A stretch of 64,000 nucleotides of DNA from Candidatus Poribacteria bacterium (GTDB lineage: Bacteria; Poribacteria; WGA-4E; WGA-3G), in the NCBI GenBank assembly GCA_003635255.1, contig PYJC01000068.1, forward strand, positions 8,258 to 72,257, read 5' to 3'. A program made the translations under genes and the position numbers. The notes under the pieces are model-generated. The model worked only from the letters and a program-made list of their open reading frames with translations. It had not been told where the DNA came from and made no database searches. This document shows positions 1 through 10,029 of this stretch, in pieces; the first letter of the stretch is position 1, and each line of letters starts with the position of its first letter.

Positions 1-1
1 T

Positions 2-340
2 CTTGATAAAATAGACGAATCTGAAGATGAAATGCGTAAGCATGTTGACAAGAAATTTGATGAACTTAACAAGAAATTTGATGAAAAATTCGATGAACTT
101 GACGAGAAAGTCGCTGAAATTAAGACAGATGTTGCAGTGCTAAACGCCAGAGTAAATCTTTTACAATGGGTTATTGCCATAATTGGCACGCCTTTTCTTA
201 TTTCTATTATAGTGCTTTTCGTGCAGATCCGCCTTAACCAGCGGAACAATGTCGAGATAGCTGCCGAAAGCAAAGAAGAATCGGATGAAGGCATTATGCA
301 AAGAATTTTAAAAGATAATAGACCATCCGAACCGGTATAG
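2..340 (+). CDS. Coiled-coil membrane protein, 5'-partial (frame open to window start)
   Basis: Frame is open upstream of the ATG at 32 (LDKIDESEDEM...). Repeats DKKFDEL/NKKFDE/KFDEL are followed by one hydrophobic helix (WVIAIIGTPFLISIIVLFV). Confidence 0.6.
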   Translation, partial: LDKIDESEDEMRKHVDKKFDELNKKFDEKFDELDEKVAEIKTDVAVLNARVNLLQWVIAIIGTPFLISIIVLFVQIRLNQRNNVEIAAESKEESDEGIMQRILKDNRPSEPV

Positions 341-350
341 GAAAAGCCAG

Positions 351-1043
351 ATGAAAAAAGATAATTCCGCTAAGAAAGCCGCCAAATCTGTTCAGAACTA
401 CATTGAGAAAGGTAAAAAGTTATGCGATCAGGAAGATTATGGTACTGCTATTTCTGCTTTTGACGCTGCTATTCGTTTAGACCCTAATAACAGGGATGCT
501 CATAATAACAGAGGTAACGCAAAATACCTTTTAAAACAATACTTTGAAGCGATCGCGGATTATGACGAGGCGATCCGTTTAGACCCCAACTGCTCTTTCG
601 CCTATTATAACAGAGGCCTTGCGAAGTACAATTTAGGACACCCCAAAGATGCTATTCCTGACTTTGACGCTGCTATTAGACTTGATCCTGAATTTGTGAT
701 TGCCTACCGTAATCGTGCCGTTGCGAAAAGCACCATAGGACAATATTTTGAATCGATATCCGATTTAGACGTGGTTATTCGTTTAGACCCTGAAAATGAT
801 ATAGCATACAATGATAGAGGAAGTGCTAAGGCAAACCTTGGACACCATGATTCCGCAATTTCTGACTATGACGCGGCTATTTTCATAAATCCTGGTTATC
901 TATTTCCATATTTCAACCGAGGGATTTCTAAAAAAGAATTAGGGCGGGATGCAGAGGCAGAACAAGATTTTCAGAAAGCACTCAGTTTAGCACAAGAAGC
1001 AGGAGATGCAGAACTTATAACGACAATTAAGAAACATATATAA
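351..1043 (+). CDS. Tetratricopeptide repeat protein
   Basis: About six 34-aa repeats of the form AI.D.D.AIRLDP....AY.NRG.AK..LG. Confidence 0.9.
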   Translation: MKKDNSAKKAAKSVQNYIEKGKKLCDQEDYGTAISAFDAAIRLDPNNRDAHNNRGNAKYLLKQYFEAIADYDEAIRLDPNCSFAYYNRGLAKYNLGHPKDAIPDFDAAIRLDPEFVIAYRNRAVAKSTIGQYFESISDLDVVIRLDPENDIAYNDRGSAKANLGHHDSAISDYDAAIFINPGYLFPYFNRGISKKELGRDAEAEQDFQKALSLAQEAGDAELITTIKKHI

Positions 1044-1101
1044 TCTGCCCGGTAATTTCACCTATCTTGTAGGAGGGATTCAACCCCGATAACAAAACCC
1101 T

Positions 1102-1290
1102 ATGAACGTCCAAAACCGAACCATCTTCTCAAATGACAACTTACCTGTCTTGCGAGGCATAGACCCAGAATCCATCGATCTGATCTATCTTGACCCTCCC
1201 TTCAATTCCAATCGTAATTACGCAGCACCCATCGGCAGCGACGCAGCAGGCGCAGCCTTCAAAAATGCTTGGCCCCTCTCAGATTATTGC
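1102..1290 (+). pseudogene. Truncated N-terminus of a site-specific N6A/N4C DNA methyltransferase
   Basis: NRTIF..DNL.VLRGI..ESIDLIYLDPPFNSNRNY carries the DPPF catalytic motif. Resemblance ends after about 60 aa, no SAM-binding motif follows, and the ORF runs into the sulfatase gene. Confidence 0.7.
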
Positions 1291-1342
1291 GTAATTTCAT
1301 CAAAATGCACTTATCAAAGAAAAAATGAAGGAGATATTAATC

Positions 1343-3073
1343 GTGACACAGCAAAATACACCAAACCTCGTTTTTGTCATCACGGATGACCAAGGCTACG
1401 GCGATTTAGGATGCACCGGAAACCCCGTGATCAATACGCCGAATCTTGACGCGCTCGCTAATGAGAGTGTGCAACTACAGAACCTACACGTCGGTCCCAC
1501 CTGTTCACCGACGCGAGCAGGCATCATGACGGGACACTACTGCAACTCCACAGGCGTATGGCATACCATCGGCGGACGTTCGCTCCTCCGCAGCGACGAG
1601 GTCACGATGGCAGATATCTTCCGGCGCAACGGCTATAAGACCGCTATGTTCGGGAAATGGCACCTCGGCGACAACTACCCGTTCCGGCCACACGATAGAG
1701 GTTTCGACGAAGCACTCTATCACGGTGGCGGCGGTATCAGTCAAACTCCTGACTATTGGGGCAACGACTATTTTGACGATACATACTTTCGCAACGGTTC
1801 CGAACAACCTTTTGAGGGTTACTGCACCGATGTCTGGTTCCAAGAAGCGATGGCATTTATTGAGCGGCAGGCTGAAGGCGATCAGAACCGTCCGTTTTTC
1901 TGCTATCTCTCGACGAATGCACCGCACGGTCCGTTCCGCGTTCCTGAGGCTTATGGCGATGTCTACCGAAGGAAAGATGTACCGGGAGAACGCGCGAATT
2001 TCTACGGCATGATAACCAATATTGACGACAATATGGCACGGCTACGGCATCACCTCCGAGTCTTGGGACTTGAGGAAAACACCATCCTAATCTTCATGAC
2101 CGATAACGGTTCCGCAATGGGATGTAATCTGGATGCCCAGCAGTTCGTTAGGGACGGTTATAATGCAGGGATGCGCGGGAAAAAAGGTTCCGCTTATGAA
2201 GGTGGGCATCGTGTACCGCTGTTCATGCATTGGCCCGGCGGCGGGTTCACCGAAAAGCAAGAGGTTCATGAACTCACGGCAAACATTGACCTGCTCCCTA
2301 CATTGATAGACCTTTGTGATCTCGAAATCTCCGAAAATACGACCTTCCACGGCTCCAGTATTGCCTCGTTGTTGAGAAATGAACCGGAGACGTGGGAAGA
2401 ACGCGTAATCGTTACGGATTCACAGCGCGTCGAAAACCCGATTAAGTGGAAAGACAGCGCAACGATGTCACAACGGTGGCGACTCATCAACGGCAAGGAA
2501 CTCTACGATATTCAAACCGATCCGGGACAGCAGCACGACATTGCTGACACACACCCAGAGGTTGTTGCTGAACTCCGCGAGCATTATGAAGCGTGGTGGA
2601 AAATTGTCTCAGAACGGTTTGATGAAGACTGTCCGATTGTCATCGGAACACAGAACGAACCTGTAACATGTATCACAACGCACGATTGGCACGGGGAAGC
2701 ACACGCGTGGAATCAGGGGATGATTCGCCGCGGCATGGAGTGCAACGGTTATTGGGCAATTGAGGTACCAGAAGACGGTCAGTATAGTTTTGAACTACGC
2801 CGGTGGCCCCTCGCCGAAGACAGAGCGATAACCGATGGTATCCCGGGTGAGCATATTGATCTTTACAACGGCGGAAAGGCGTTGGCTTTAACAACAGCAC
2901 AAATTCGCGTTGGCGAGCAGATAGCGACGCAAGCGATCCCACCCAATGCGAAAAGCGTGACGTTTACGTTCAATCTTACCGCCGGTCAGACACGCATGCA
3001 CACCGAATTCACAGACGAATCCGGTGAACTCGCTATTGGGGCGTATTATGTGTATGTGAAACGGGTGATTTAA
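1343..3073 (+). CDS. Arylsulfatase (Cys-type, formylglycine-dependent)
   Basis: PNLVFVITDDQGYGD, CSPTRAGIMTG (CxPxR), GKWHLG and TDNG motifs. Likely GTG start at 1343 after an AAGGAG RBS. Confidence 0.92.
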   Translation: MTQQNTPNLVFVITDDQGYGDLGCTGNPVINTPNLDALANESVQLQNLHVGPTCSPTRAGIMTGHYCNSTGVWHTIGGRSLLRSDEVTMADIFRRNGYKTAMFGKWHLGDNYPFRPHDRGFDEALYHGGGGISQTPDYWGNDYFDDTYFRNGSEQPFEGYCTDVWFQEAMAFIERQAEGDQNRPFFCYLSTNAPHGPFRVPEAYGDVYRRKDVPGERANFYGMITNIDDNMARLRHHLRVLGLEENTILIFMTDNGSAMGCNLDAQQFVRDGYNAGMRGKKGSAYEGGHRVPLFMHWPGGGFTEKQEVHELTANIDLLPTLIDLCDLEISENTTFHGSSIASLLRNEPETWEERVIVTDSQRVENPIKWKDSATMSQRWRLINGKELYDIQTDPGQQHDIADTHPEVVAELREHYEAWWKIVSERFDEDCPIVIGTQNEPVTCITTHDWHGEAHAWNQGMIRRGMECNGYWAIEVPEDGQYSFELRRWPLAEDRAITDGIPGEHIDLYNGGKALALTTAQIRVGEQIATQAIPPNAKSVTFTFNLTAGQTRMHTEFTDESGELAIGAYYVYVKRVI

Positions 3074-3081
3074 GCGCGGAG

Positions 3082-3570
3082 TTACCGATAGACAGGGGAG
3101 GTTGTCACGCGAGAGAATAAACGTGCTAATTCATCCATTGACACGCCAAGCCGCTCTTCAAGGTCTGTTTGGGTTAACCCAAGTTGTTGAACACCGAGGC
3201 TCTCTTCAAAGTCGTCTTGTGTTAACCCAAAATCCTTGTATCCTTGGATGACAATTTGTAGATACCATTTTGACGGCGGCACCAAATCCTCAGACGCATC
3301 TCTCATCCGATAGAACATGACCTCGTCTTCGTAATATTTGCCGTAGTACGTAGGGTAACCTTCGTACATATCGAGAGCGATTTCGTGATCTTCTGTGATA
3401 TTCCAGAGTCCACCGTGAACGATACACGCCTCCGCGGGGACAATATCGGCGTGGTAGTTAAAAATAAGGCGAAACCCCTTAAGTTGATATGTCCCTATAC
3501 GAGTGATACCGGGGCACCGTTGTTGCGTCTGCGAAACGTTCATGTTGGACCCGTACGCAAAGTATTGCAT
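3082..3570 (-). CDS. Gamma-glutamylcyclotransferase family protein
   Basis: YFAYGSNM N-terminal motif and LDMYEGYP. Start M at 3570 follows a GGAGG RBS. Confidence 0.8.
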   Translation of the reverse strand: MQYFAYGSNMNVSQTQQRCPGITRIGTYQLKGFRLIFNYHADIVPAEACIVHGGLWNITEDHEIALDMYEGYPTYYGKYYEDEVMFYRMRDASEDLVPPSKWYLQIVIQGYKDFGLTQDDFEESLGVQQLGLTQTDLEERLGVSMDELARLFSRVTTSPVYR

Positions 3571-3629
3571 CGGCACCCTCCTGCTGTGAAAGCGGTCCCA
3601 AGCAAAGCAATGAGACCGCAAAATTATTG

Positions 3630-4376
3630 CTACTGTGACTTCAGTTTGCCCCAGAGCACAGGCAATTTTTCCGACGGATCCACAGCGAAAGCGGTGAAAA
3701 GGATACCATCATTCATAATACCCTGAACCTCATCTTCGGTGAGTCCATCGTTAAAGAGACCGACCTCGTCCATAATAGTGGCAGACAGAAAGCCTACCCC
3801 TTTATCCGTAGCAAGCCAGGCTGTTTGATCCTGATCTTGGAGTTGGAACTTCGGCACCTTTTGAGAAACTTTCTCTTCGCCATCAACATAGATTTTACAG
3901 GTCTCTCCGTCGTAGACATTGGCGACATGATACCATGTCCCCGCCTTAACAGTCACACCGCTGGTAACATTCCAAGTGTTCGTCCAACTACGAAGAACAT
4001 TTGCCCCCTCTTTGTAAGGGACATAGCGGTTGTTGCTCTGATCCCATATCGAGAAGTAGTTCTGTTGACCCCCGATGTCGGTAAAGTTTAGCCACAAGAT
4101 GAAGGTCACTTTATCTTCGATAATGCCTTTACCAAGCGGAATGGTGACAGTCCCTCCCTTTTTGATTTCAAGGGCACCATCGAACTTCCCTTTTGCCCAT
4201 TTCGCGTTCGTAATTGTGCCTTCACGTCCGTTTTCGGACGCGTCTTCAGCGGTATCACCTTTACCTTCGTCCAATAACCAGATACCGACGATCCTATCCG
4301 GATCAATCTCGGCCTGACTGTAACTCACTGCCAGACTTAGCGCGAGCATCGCGCATAGCAATATTTTTACGCTCAT
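3630..4376 (-). CDS. Secreted LamG/concanavalin A-like domain protein with conserved C-terminal tail
   Basis: Signal peptide; W.LDEG.G..A.D.S, WYHVA.VYDG....IYVDG and MDEV.LFN..L motifs; C-terminus AVDPSEKLPVLWGKLKSQ. Confidence 0.85.
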   Translation of the reverse strand: MSVKILLCAMLALSLAVSYSQAEIDPDRIVGIWLLDEGKGDTAEDASENGREGTITNAKWAKGKFDGALEIKKGGTVTIPLGKGIIEDKVTFILWLNFTDIGGQQNYFSIWDQSNNRYVPYKEGANVLRSWTNTWNVTSGVTVKAGTWYHVANVYDGETCKIYVDGEEKVSQKVPKFQLQDQDQTAWLATDKGVGFLSATIMDEVGLFNDGLTEDEVQGIMNDGILFTAFAVDPSEKLPVLWGKLKSQ

Positions 4377-4529
4377 AGATTGGTACTCCTTTTTTTATCA
4401 TGTGAAGAATCACGACCACAGTCCAACACTACAACCAAAAATGTGATTGACATATTAATGACATTAGACTTGCCAAGTGTGTTATAAGTTTAATCCGATT
4501 TCTTTTCGATGATTTCTCCAAATTTTAAT

Positions 4530-4558
4530 TTGACAATCCACCAGAATTGGCGTATACT
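4530..4558 (+). promoter_or_regulatory. Sigma70-type promoter of tRNA-Leu
   Basis: TTGACA-N17-TATACT, 10 nt upstream of the tRNA. Confidence 0.85.
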
Positions 4559-4568
4559 ATAATTGCTC

Positions 4569-4654
4569 GCCGGGATGCTGGAATTTGGTAGACAGGCTAG
4601 GTTCAGGGTCTAGTGTGCATTATGCGCGTAAGGGTTCGAGCCCCTTTCCCGGCA
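4569..4654 (+). tRNA. tRNA-Leu(CAG)
   Basis: GCCGGGA/TCCCGGC acceptor stem, TT-CAG-GG anticodon loop, long variable arm, GGTTCGAG T-loop. No encoded CCA. Confidence 0.95.
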
Positions 4655-4703
4655 TCTATGAATATTTTATTATAGGCGCGCCTTCCAAGCGTGCCTATGT
4701 GCC

Positions 4704-5882
4704 TTACTCTTTCTTTAAAGTCTCCGGTACCAACCACAAGAAAATTCCCACCGCCAGATAACCGATACCTCCCAACGCGAAACCGGAATAGCTTAACCCA
4801 AACAGATCCGCAAGATTCCCGACAACAACCGGGCCCGCCGAACCCCCAAAATCTCCTGTGAGCCGCCACAGACCTAAAAACTCACCCGTCCCCTCTCGTG
4901 GCGCTAAGTCAGCACCGAGGGTCATCATTGTCCCTGAAGCGATACCGTTACCAAGTCGCATCAAAACCGCTGCAAGCAACAACCACGTAAATGTCCCTGT
5001 AAACGGCATCAACACCATGCCAGTCGCAAAGATGCAGATACCAGGGACTGTCGCATATCTTCGACCAAACCGATCCATCATAGATCCAGCAATCGGAAAC
5101 ATTGACATGTCTACCGCTGAGGATATCATGACGACTGAGCGGACTTGCTGCGTGCTTAATCCAACAATCTCATCGGCATAGAGTGGAATAATGATATGAC
5201 ACCCGCGGCGCAGCGTTTGTACGCAGACCTGTCCTACGCCTGCTGTGGCGAGAAGTCGCGCGTGCTGACGTGAAACCTGGAGAAGGTGTTTCAGGTACGG
5301 AACTTTCTTATCGGTAGTTTGACTTGTACCGCGACGTGTCTCTGGAATGAAGAAGATACAGAGAAAGAAATTCAGTACCACAATACCAGCATAGATAAAA
5401 AACGGAAGACGTAGGTTCACACCGAGGAAGATAGAACAGAACTGCCCTGCGAAGGTCCCCATCCGATTTACGCCCCCGAACAACGCAATCGCTCGCCCGC
5501 GATTCGCCATCGGAATTACATCCGTCATATAGGCATGCCGAGCGAGCATCCACAACGCATTCCCGATGCCGCCAATCAGTTGCGCACCGATGAGTTGAAT
5601 AAAATCCCTTGCCATCCCCATACCAATGGTTGACAACCCTATCATCACCAGACCGAACAACATTGACGGCTTGCGACCAAGCCGCTCCACCAAAATACCC
5701 GCGGGGATATTCCCAAGTACACCGACAGCAAGAACGACTGTCGTCAATGTATAGGATAACTCAAACGATTTGACATAAATCGAGAGGGTTGGGGAAACAA
5801 TACCGCCGCCTGTTGCCAATAAAAACGCAGGAATGTAGATGGGAAGAATCAGCGAGACTCGGCTAAATTTGCGTGTGTTCAA
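4704..5882 (-). CDS. MFS transporter
   Basis: About 12 hydrophobic segments; motif A (G.LVERLGRK and G.MMDRFGRR) in both halves. Confidence 0.9.
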   Translation of the reverse strand: MNTRKFSRVSLILPIYIPAFLLATGGGIVSPTLSIYVKSFELSYTLTTVVLAVGVLGNIPAGILVERLGRKPSMLFGLVMIGLSTIGMGMARDFIQLIGAQLIGGIGNALWMLARHAYMTDVIPMANRGRAIALFGGVNRMGTFAGQFCSIFLGVNLRLPFFIYAGIVVLNFFLCIFFIPETRRGTSQTTDKKVPYLKHLLQVSRQHARLLATAGVGQVCVQTLRRGCHIIIPLYADEIVGLSTQQVRSVVMISSAVDMSMFPIAGSMMDRFGRRYATVPGICIFATGMVLMPFTGTFTWLLLAAVLMRLGNGIASGTMMTLGADLAPREGTGEFLGLWRLTGDFGGSAGPVVVGNLADLFGLSYSGFALGGIGYLAVGIFLWLVPETLKKE

Positions 5883-5923
5883 TTTTGGACAACTTTCAAG
5901 CGTAAATAACTTTTTAGCACGCT

Positions 5924-6475
5924 TTATTTCGGGAAGACAGTGGACAGAGCGTCCTCATAACACGTCCGAGTAGCCGCATCAAACAAGATAAACTGAATAG
6001 TTGTTGGCGCGGTGTTGTTCTGCTCCACAAATTCTTTCACCGCGGTTAACGCAACGACTGCCGCTTTTTCCATTGGATATCCATAGATACCGGTGCTAAT
6101 AGACGGAAAAGCAACACTCTGAACACCATTTTCTACAGCAAGTCGGAGACTCGACTGATAACAACTCGCAAGCAGTCCCGCTTCACCCGAATCGCCGCCT
6201 TCCCACACCGGTCCGGCTGTATGAATCACATATTTCGCGGGCAGGTTACCACCAGTAGTGATAACGGCTTTACCTGTAGGACAGCCACCTTCGCGTTTGC
6301 GGATTTCCGCGCAGGCTTGTTCTATTTCATCACCACCAGCACGCCGTATTGCGCCATCTACACCGCCACCGCCGATAAGTTGGCTGTTCGCCGCATTCAC
6401 GATAGCATCGACCCGAGCTTTCGTTATATCACCTTGAACCAGTTCCAAGTCTGTTTGTAGTATCTGTGTTTTCAT
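5924..6475 (-). CDS. Macro domain protein (O-acetyl-ADP-ribose deacetylase, YmdB-like)
   Basis: [29 protein letters not shown] and [12 protein letters not shown] motifs. Confidence 0.92.
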   Translation of the reverse strand: MKTQILQTDLELVQGDITKARVDAIVNAANSQLIGGGGVDGAIRRAGGDEIEQACAEIRKREGGCPTGKAVITTGGNLPAKYVIHTAGPVWEGGDSGEAGLLASCYQSSLRLAVENGVQSVAFPSISTGIYGYPMEKAAVVALTAVKEFVEQNNTAPTTIQFILFDAATRTCYEDALSTVFPK

Positions 6476-6492
6476 CAAATATCTCCTGATCT

Positions 6493-7395
6493 TTACCGAT
6501 TTCTCTGAATGAAACCCGCCTTGTGAAGTTCCTGTAGGATAAAAGACTCTATAGGTGTATCACTTTTTAGTTGGGCATAGTTGATCCCTTGGTCGGTACA
6601 GAAGCGTTGCAAAGTTTCGCAAAATGTCTGCTGTTGCGCTTGGTATTGTGCAAGGGTTTCCGCATTAACCGTGACGGCTCTCGTTTCTCCCGTCTCGGCA
6701 TCTTCCACCAGCCAATCCCCGCTGGCAAGTGTATCGTCTAAGTGCGCTTGCGGATCCATTTCTTCTCGACTTATCAAATGGATCGCTGTGAGGGAGAACC
6801 CGCGTCCTGAGAGTAATTTAAGCCCATCCGCGTAACCATTCGGTTCCAAAAAATCTGAAAGTATAACAACCATACACGGATATCGCTGGTACATCCGGAG
6901 CTGCTTGAAACATTCCATCAACCGTGTTTCTCCGGATGCTGCAATTCGGTCAAGTGCTTTTGTCAAACGTGGGAATTGTGATTTGCCTGATGTTGGTGAC
7001 AGCGTTGACGAGAGGCGTTCACTGCAAGTGTAGACCGCAATACTATCGGCATGTGCCAAGGCGATATACCCTAATGCAGCGGCAACCTGCTTCGCACACA
7101 TCAATTTAGTGGGCGAACCGAATTCCATGGAACGGCTATTATCAATGAGAAACACAAGGGGTAAACTTTCGTCAGTATGAAAGAGTTTAATAAAGAGTCG
7201 ATCTAAGCGTGCGTAGATATTCCAATCAACATGCCGCAGGTCATCGCCGGGTTCATAGACACGATAATCGGCAAATTCCATACCTGTGCCGCGATTCAGG
7301 CTTCGCCGTTCGCCTCTGAATTTACCACGGAACGAGTGCTTCGCGCGAATATGGAAAGGATCAAGTTGTTTCAGGAATTGGGGTGTCAGCAGCAT
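6493..7395 (-). CDS. DUF58 domain protein (vWA-like, MoxR-associated)
   Basis: [29 protein letters not shown] and LSDF motifs. Confidence 0.88.
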   Translation of the reverse strand: MLLTPQFLKQLDPFHIRAKHSFRGKFRGERRSLNRGTGMEFADYRVYEPGDDLRHVDWNIYARLDRLFIKLFHTDESLPLVFLIDNSRSMEFGSPTKLMCAKQVAAALGYIALAHADSIAVYTCSERLSSTLSPTSGKSQFPRLTKALDRIAASGETRLMECFKQLRMYQRYPCMVVILSDFLEPNGYADGLKLLSGRGFSLTAIHLISREEMDPQAHLDDTLASGDWLVEDAETGETRAVTVNAETLAQYQAQQQTFCETLQRFCTDQGINYAQLKSDTPIESFILQELHKAGFIQRNR

Positions 7396-7515
7396 CGCTA
7401 TCAATATCTGGAATAGGAGAAAAATGGGTGCGCGAGGCACAAAAATTCCGTTCTACAATCATGCCAGCATTATAGCACGGTTCGTCGAAAAAACACAAGG
7501 TTTTTTCATATTAAT

Positions 7516-7544
7516 TTGACATACCCTAGAAAATAGTGTATAAT
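7516..7544 (+). promoter_or_regulatory. Consensus sigma70 promoter of tRNA operon
   Basis: TTGACA-N17-TATAAT. Confidence 0.88.
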
Positions 7545-7658
7545 TTAAAAACTAAAAAGTGGTGTTTAAAGAGTATCTTGGGAGCGTGTATTATACCCCC
7601 TGCTGGTGTTTCTAACAGCGTCCCAACGGCTTGTAAATCTATGCTCTGTATGCCTTTT

Positions 7659-7733
7659 CGGGGCGTAGCGCAGCCCGGCTAGCGCGTCTGCTTTGGGAGC
7701 AGAAGGTCGGAGGTTCAAATCCTCTCGCCCCGA
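7659..7733 (+). tRNA. tRNA-Pro(TGG)
   Basis: CGGGGCG/CGCCCCG acceptor; TCTGC-TTTGGGA-GCAGA anticodon arm. Confidence 0.95.
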
Positions 7734-7754
7734 TCCAAAAAATTTCTAACACAA

Positions 7755-7828
<74 letters not shown>

Positions 7829-7866
7829 CTTTTTATTTATCGCGCACGAAGACAAAGTCAAAATCT

Positions 7867-7939
7867 GGTGGATGTAGCTCAGGGGCAGAGCGCTTGACTG
7901 TGGATCAAGAGGGCGTGGGTTCAAATCCCATCATCCACC
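7867..7939 (+). tRNA. tRNA-His(GTG)
   Basis: G-1 plus GTGGATG/CATCCAC acceptor, C discriminator; CTTGA-CTGTGGA-TCAAG anticodon arm. Confidence 0.95.
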
Positions 7940-7946
7940 CTCATGA

Positions 7947-8019
7947 GCGTCCGTAGTTCAATGGATAGAGCAATAGTCTTCGGAACTATAAGTTGGGGGT
8001 TCGAATCCCTCCGGACGCG
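7947..8019 (+). tRNA. tRNA-Arg(TCG)
   Basis: GCGTCCG/CGGACGC acceptor; ATAGT-CTTCGGA-ACTAT anticodon arm. Confidence 0.93.
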
Positions 8020-8117
8020 AATATCTTTGGAGTATCAGGTGCGCGCCTTGCGCACACAAAAGCAATCAGCGAGTGGGTGCTTACAAAGCGCGTCTACGAT
8101 TCAGGGCAGCGAGCAAC

Positions 8118-8190
8118 GCGCCGTTAGCTCAATTGGCAGAGCATCTGACTCTTAATCAGGCGGTTGAAGGTTCGATTCCTTCACGGCGCA
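8118..8190 (+). tRNA. tRNA-Lys(CTT)
   Basis: GCGCCGT/ACGGCGC acceptor; CTGA-CTCTTAA-TCAG anticodon arm. Confidence 0.95.
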
Positions 8191-8214
8191 TCTGTAATAG
8201 GATACACGGAATTT

Positions 8215-8299
8215 GGGCGGGTGCTGGAATTGGTAGACAGGATAGACTTAGGATCTATTGGGGTTACACCTCGTGAGGGTTCAAGTCCCTCCTCGCCCA
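8215..8299 (+). tRNA. tRNA-Leu(TAG)
   Basis: ATAGA-CTTAGGA-TCTAT anticodon arm; long variable arm; sits upstream of tig as commonly seen. Confidence 0.95.
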
Positions 8300-8484
8300 T
8301 CGTCGTATTTAAGGGGCGTAGGGACCAGCAAAATTGATTGCCCTAACGAAAATCAACCGTACGCACCATAGCAGCAGATCGGTTTAATCAAAAATCGGGG
8401 TGTGCTATCAAAGCACAGTTTGTCTTTCTTGGCATTCCAGCAAAACGACACCTAAGGTGAACTGTGATGTAAGGTATCCTCACT

Positions 8485-9816
8485 TTGGATACCCAGCATG
8501 AGGACAAAAGTTTGAGAGTTCAAATTGAAAGATTAGACACTACGCGAGTCCGTCTGGACATAGAGGTGCCTCCTGAAGATGTTAATGCAGCTTTAGAGGA
8601 AACTTATGAAGCGTTGCGTACCCAAGTCTCCATTCCGGGGTTCCGGAAGGGACGTGTACCCGTAGCAATCCTCAAATCAAGATTTCCTGATTACGTCAAT
8701 AGTGAGGCTGCTCGTTATCTCATCGCTCCTGCTTATGAAGATGCTGTCCATAGAGAAAAACTGAATCCGCTCTCCCAGCCAACTTTCACACCGCCTCTCA
8801 ACGAATTACAGGTTAAGGAAAACGAACCCCTCCAATTTTCAGCCACAGTTGATATTCGACCCAATATAGACCTCCCACCTTATGATGAACTTGTAACCGA
8901 TAAAAATCCGGTTGACGTGCCGCGTGAAGATGTCGATGCTTATATTACACGGCTGCAGGCGCAATCAGCAACTTATGAACCACTTGACATTGAACGTCCA
9001 GTTGAGGAGAAAGATTGTGTCCGCGTGGATTGGGAATGCTTGCTCAATGGTCAACGAATTGATGATGAATCAAGGAAAGATGTTGATATAGAACTCGGTA
9101 TTAAGGCTATACATGAGAAACTTGAACAGGTATTGATCGGTATGCAAATTGGGGAGACAAAATCCGTGGATATTGATTTCCCACAAGAACACCATAACCC
9201 TGAACTCGCAGGAAAATCTGTTCAATATGAGATTACACTGCACGCCATCACACAAAAGCATCTTCCACTCTTAGATGATGAGTTCGCTAAAGATTTGGGG
9301 TACGAAAACTATTCTCAACTTTTCGGCGTGATATGGAACAATCTCGTTGAGGAAGAAACAAGCTTACAAGTTGATAAACAGAAGGCGGAATTGTTGGAGC
9401 AACTCATTGAAAAAATCGATATTGCCATCCCGGAACCCTTGGTCGATCAATACGTACAACAGACGCTTCAGAACGTCAAACAACAATTGGCAAACGAACG
9501 GAAAACACCGGAAGACGCTGGAATTAACATGGATACCCTGCCTGATGAACTCCGACGAGATGTTATTCAACAAACAAAGCAATCATGGATCTTCAATACG
9601 ATTGCTGAAGCGGAGAGTATCTACGTATCTGACGATGAATTGGAATACGAAATCCGACGTGCCGCTGAACAACAAAACCGGGACGCTCAAAAATATGCTG
9701 AATTACTGAAATCAAGCAACCGATTGGAAGATTTTCGCGGTCAACTCCAACAAGAAAAAATCTATCAGTTCCTCATTCATCGAGCGTCTGCTAAACAATC
9801 ACTCATAATTACCTGA
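8485..9816 (+). CDS. tig: Trigger factor
   Basis: Ribosome-binding signature IPGFRKGRVP; LDDEFAKDLG; upstream of clpP-clpX-lon. Confidence 0.95.
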   Translation: MDTQHEDKSLRVQIERLDTTRVRLDIEVPPEDVNAALEETYEALRTQVSIPGFRKGRVPVAILKSRFPDYVNSEAARYLIAPAYEDAVHREKLNPLSQPTFTPPLNELQVKENEPLQFSATVDIRPNIDLPPYDELVTDKNPVDVPREDVDAYITRLQAQSATYEPLDIERPVEEKDCVRVDWECLLNGQRIDDESRKDVDIELGIKAIHEKLEQVLIGMQIGETKSVDIDFPQEHHNPELAGKSVQYEITLHAITQKHLPLLDDEFAKDLGYENYSQLFGVIWNNLVEEETSLQVDKQKAELLEQLIEKIDIAIPEPLVDQYVQQTLQNVKQQLANERKTPEDAGINMDTLPDELRRDVIQQTKQSWIFNTIAEAESIYVSDDELEYEIRRAAEQQNRDAQKYAELLKSSNRLEDFRGQLQQEKIYQFLIHRASAKQSLIIT

Positions 9817-10029
9817 TTTTTTAAATATTGGGTTTCTGCTCCGATTTTTCCGAGTTGATCATCAACTCCCGCCTTACGCTATTATGTTCGGAGCCGAATT
9901 GATGGTCAAAAAATCGGGTTTTCTCTTAGCCCCTAGTGGTTAGCCTCGTAATGAACTGGAGAGGCGACTCCTTGACGAGAAATGTTCAAGTCACAAGTCG
10001 CTTGAGCACTCCGCAAGGTATTATAAAAA

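Noticed and set aside
4569-4654. tRNA-Leu as an integration site for a prophage or island
   Set aside because: No integrase and no duplicated tRNA 3' end were seen in the window.
8020-8117. Spacer between tRNA-Arg and tRNA-Lys as a possible extra tRNA or ncRNA
   Set aside because: No cloverleaf, T-loop consensus or recognisable ncRNA motif could be identified by eye.
7943-8276. Short ORFs in the tRNA cluster (also 4603-4869)
   Set aside because: They overlap tRNA genes.
9841-9960. Long imperfect hairpin upstream of clpP as a CIRCE/CtsR operator or thermosensor
   Set aside because: It does not match TTAGCACTC-N9-GAGTGCTAA or CtsR heptads; the CCGATTTTT/AAAAATCGG arms resemble the genome's generic repeat modules.
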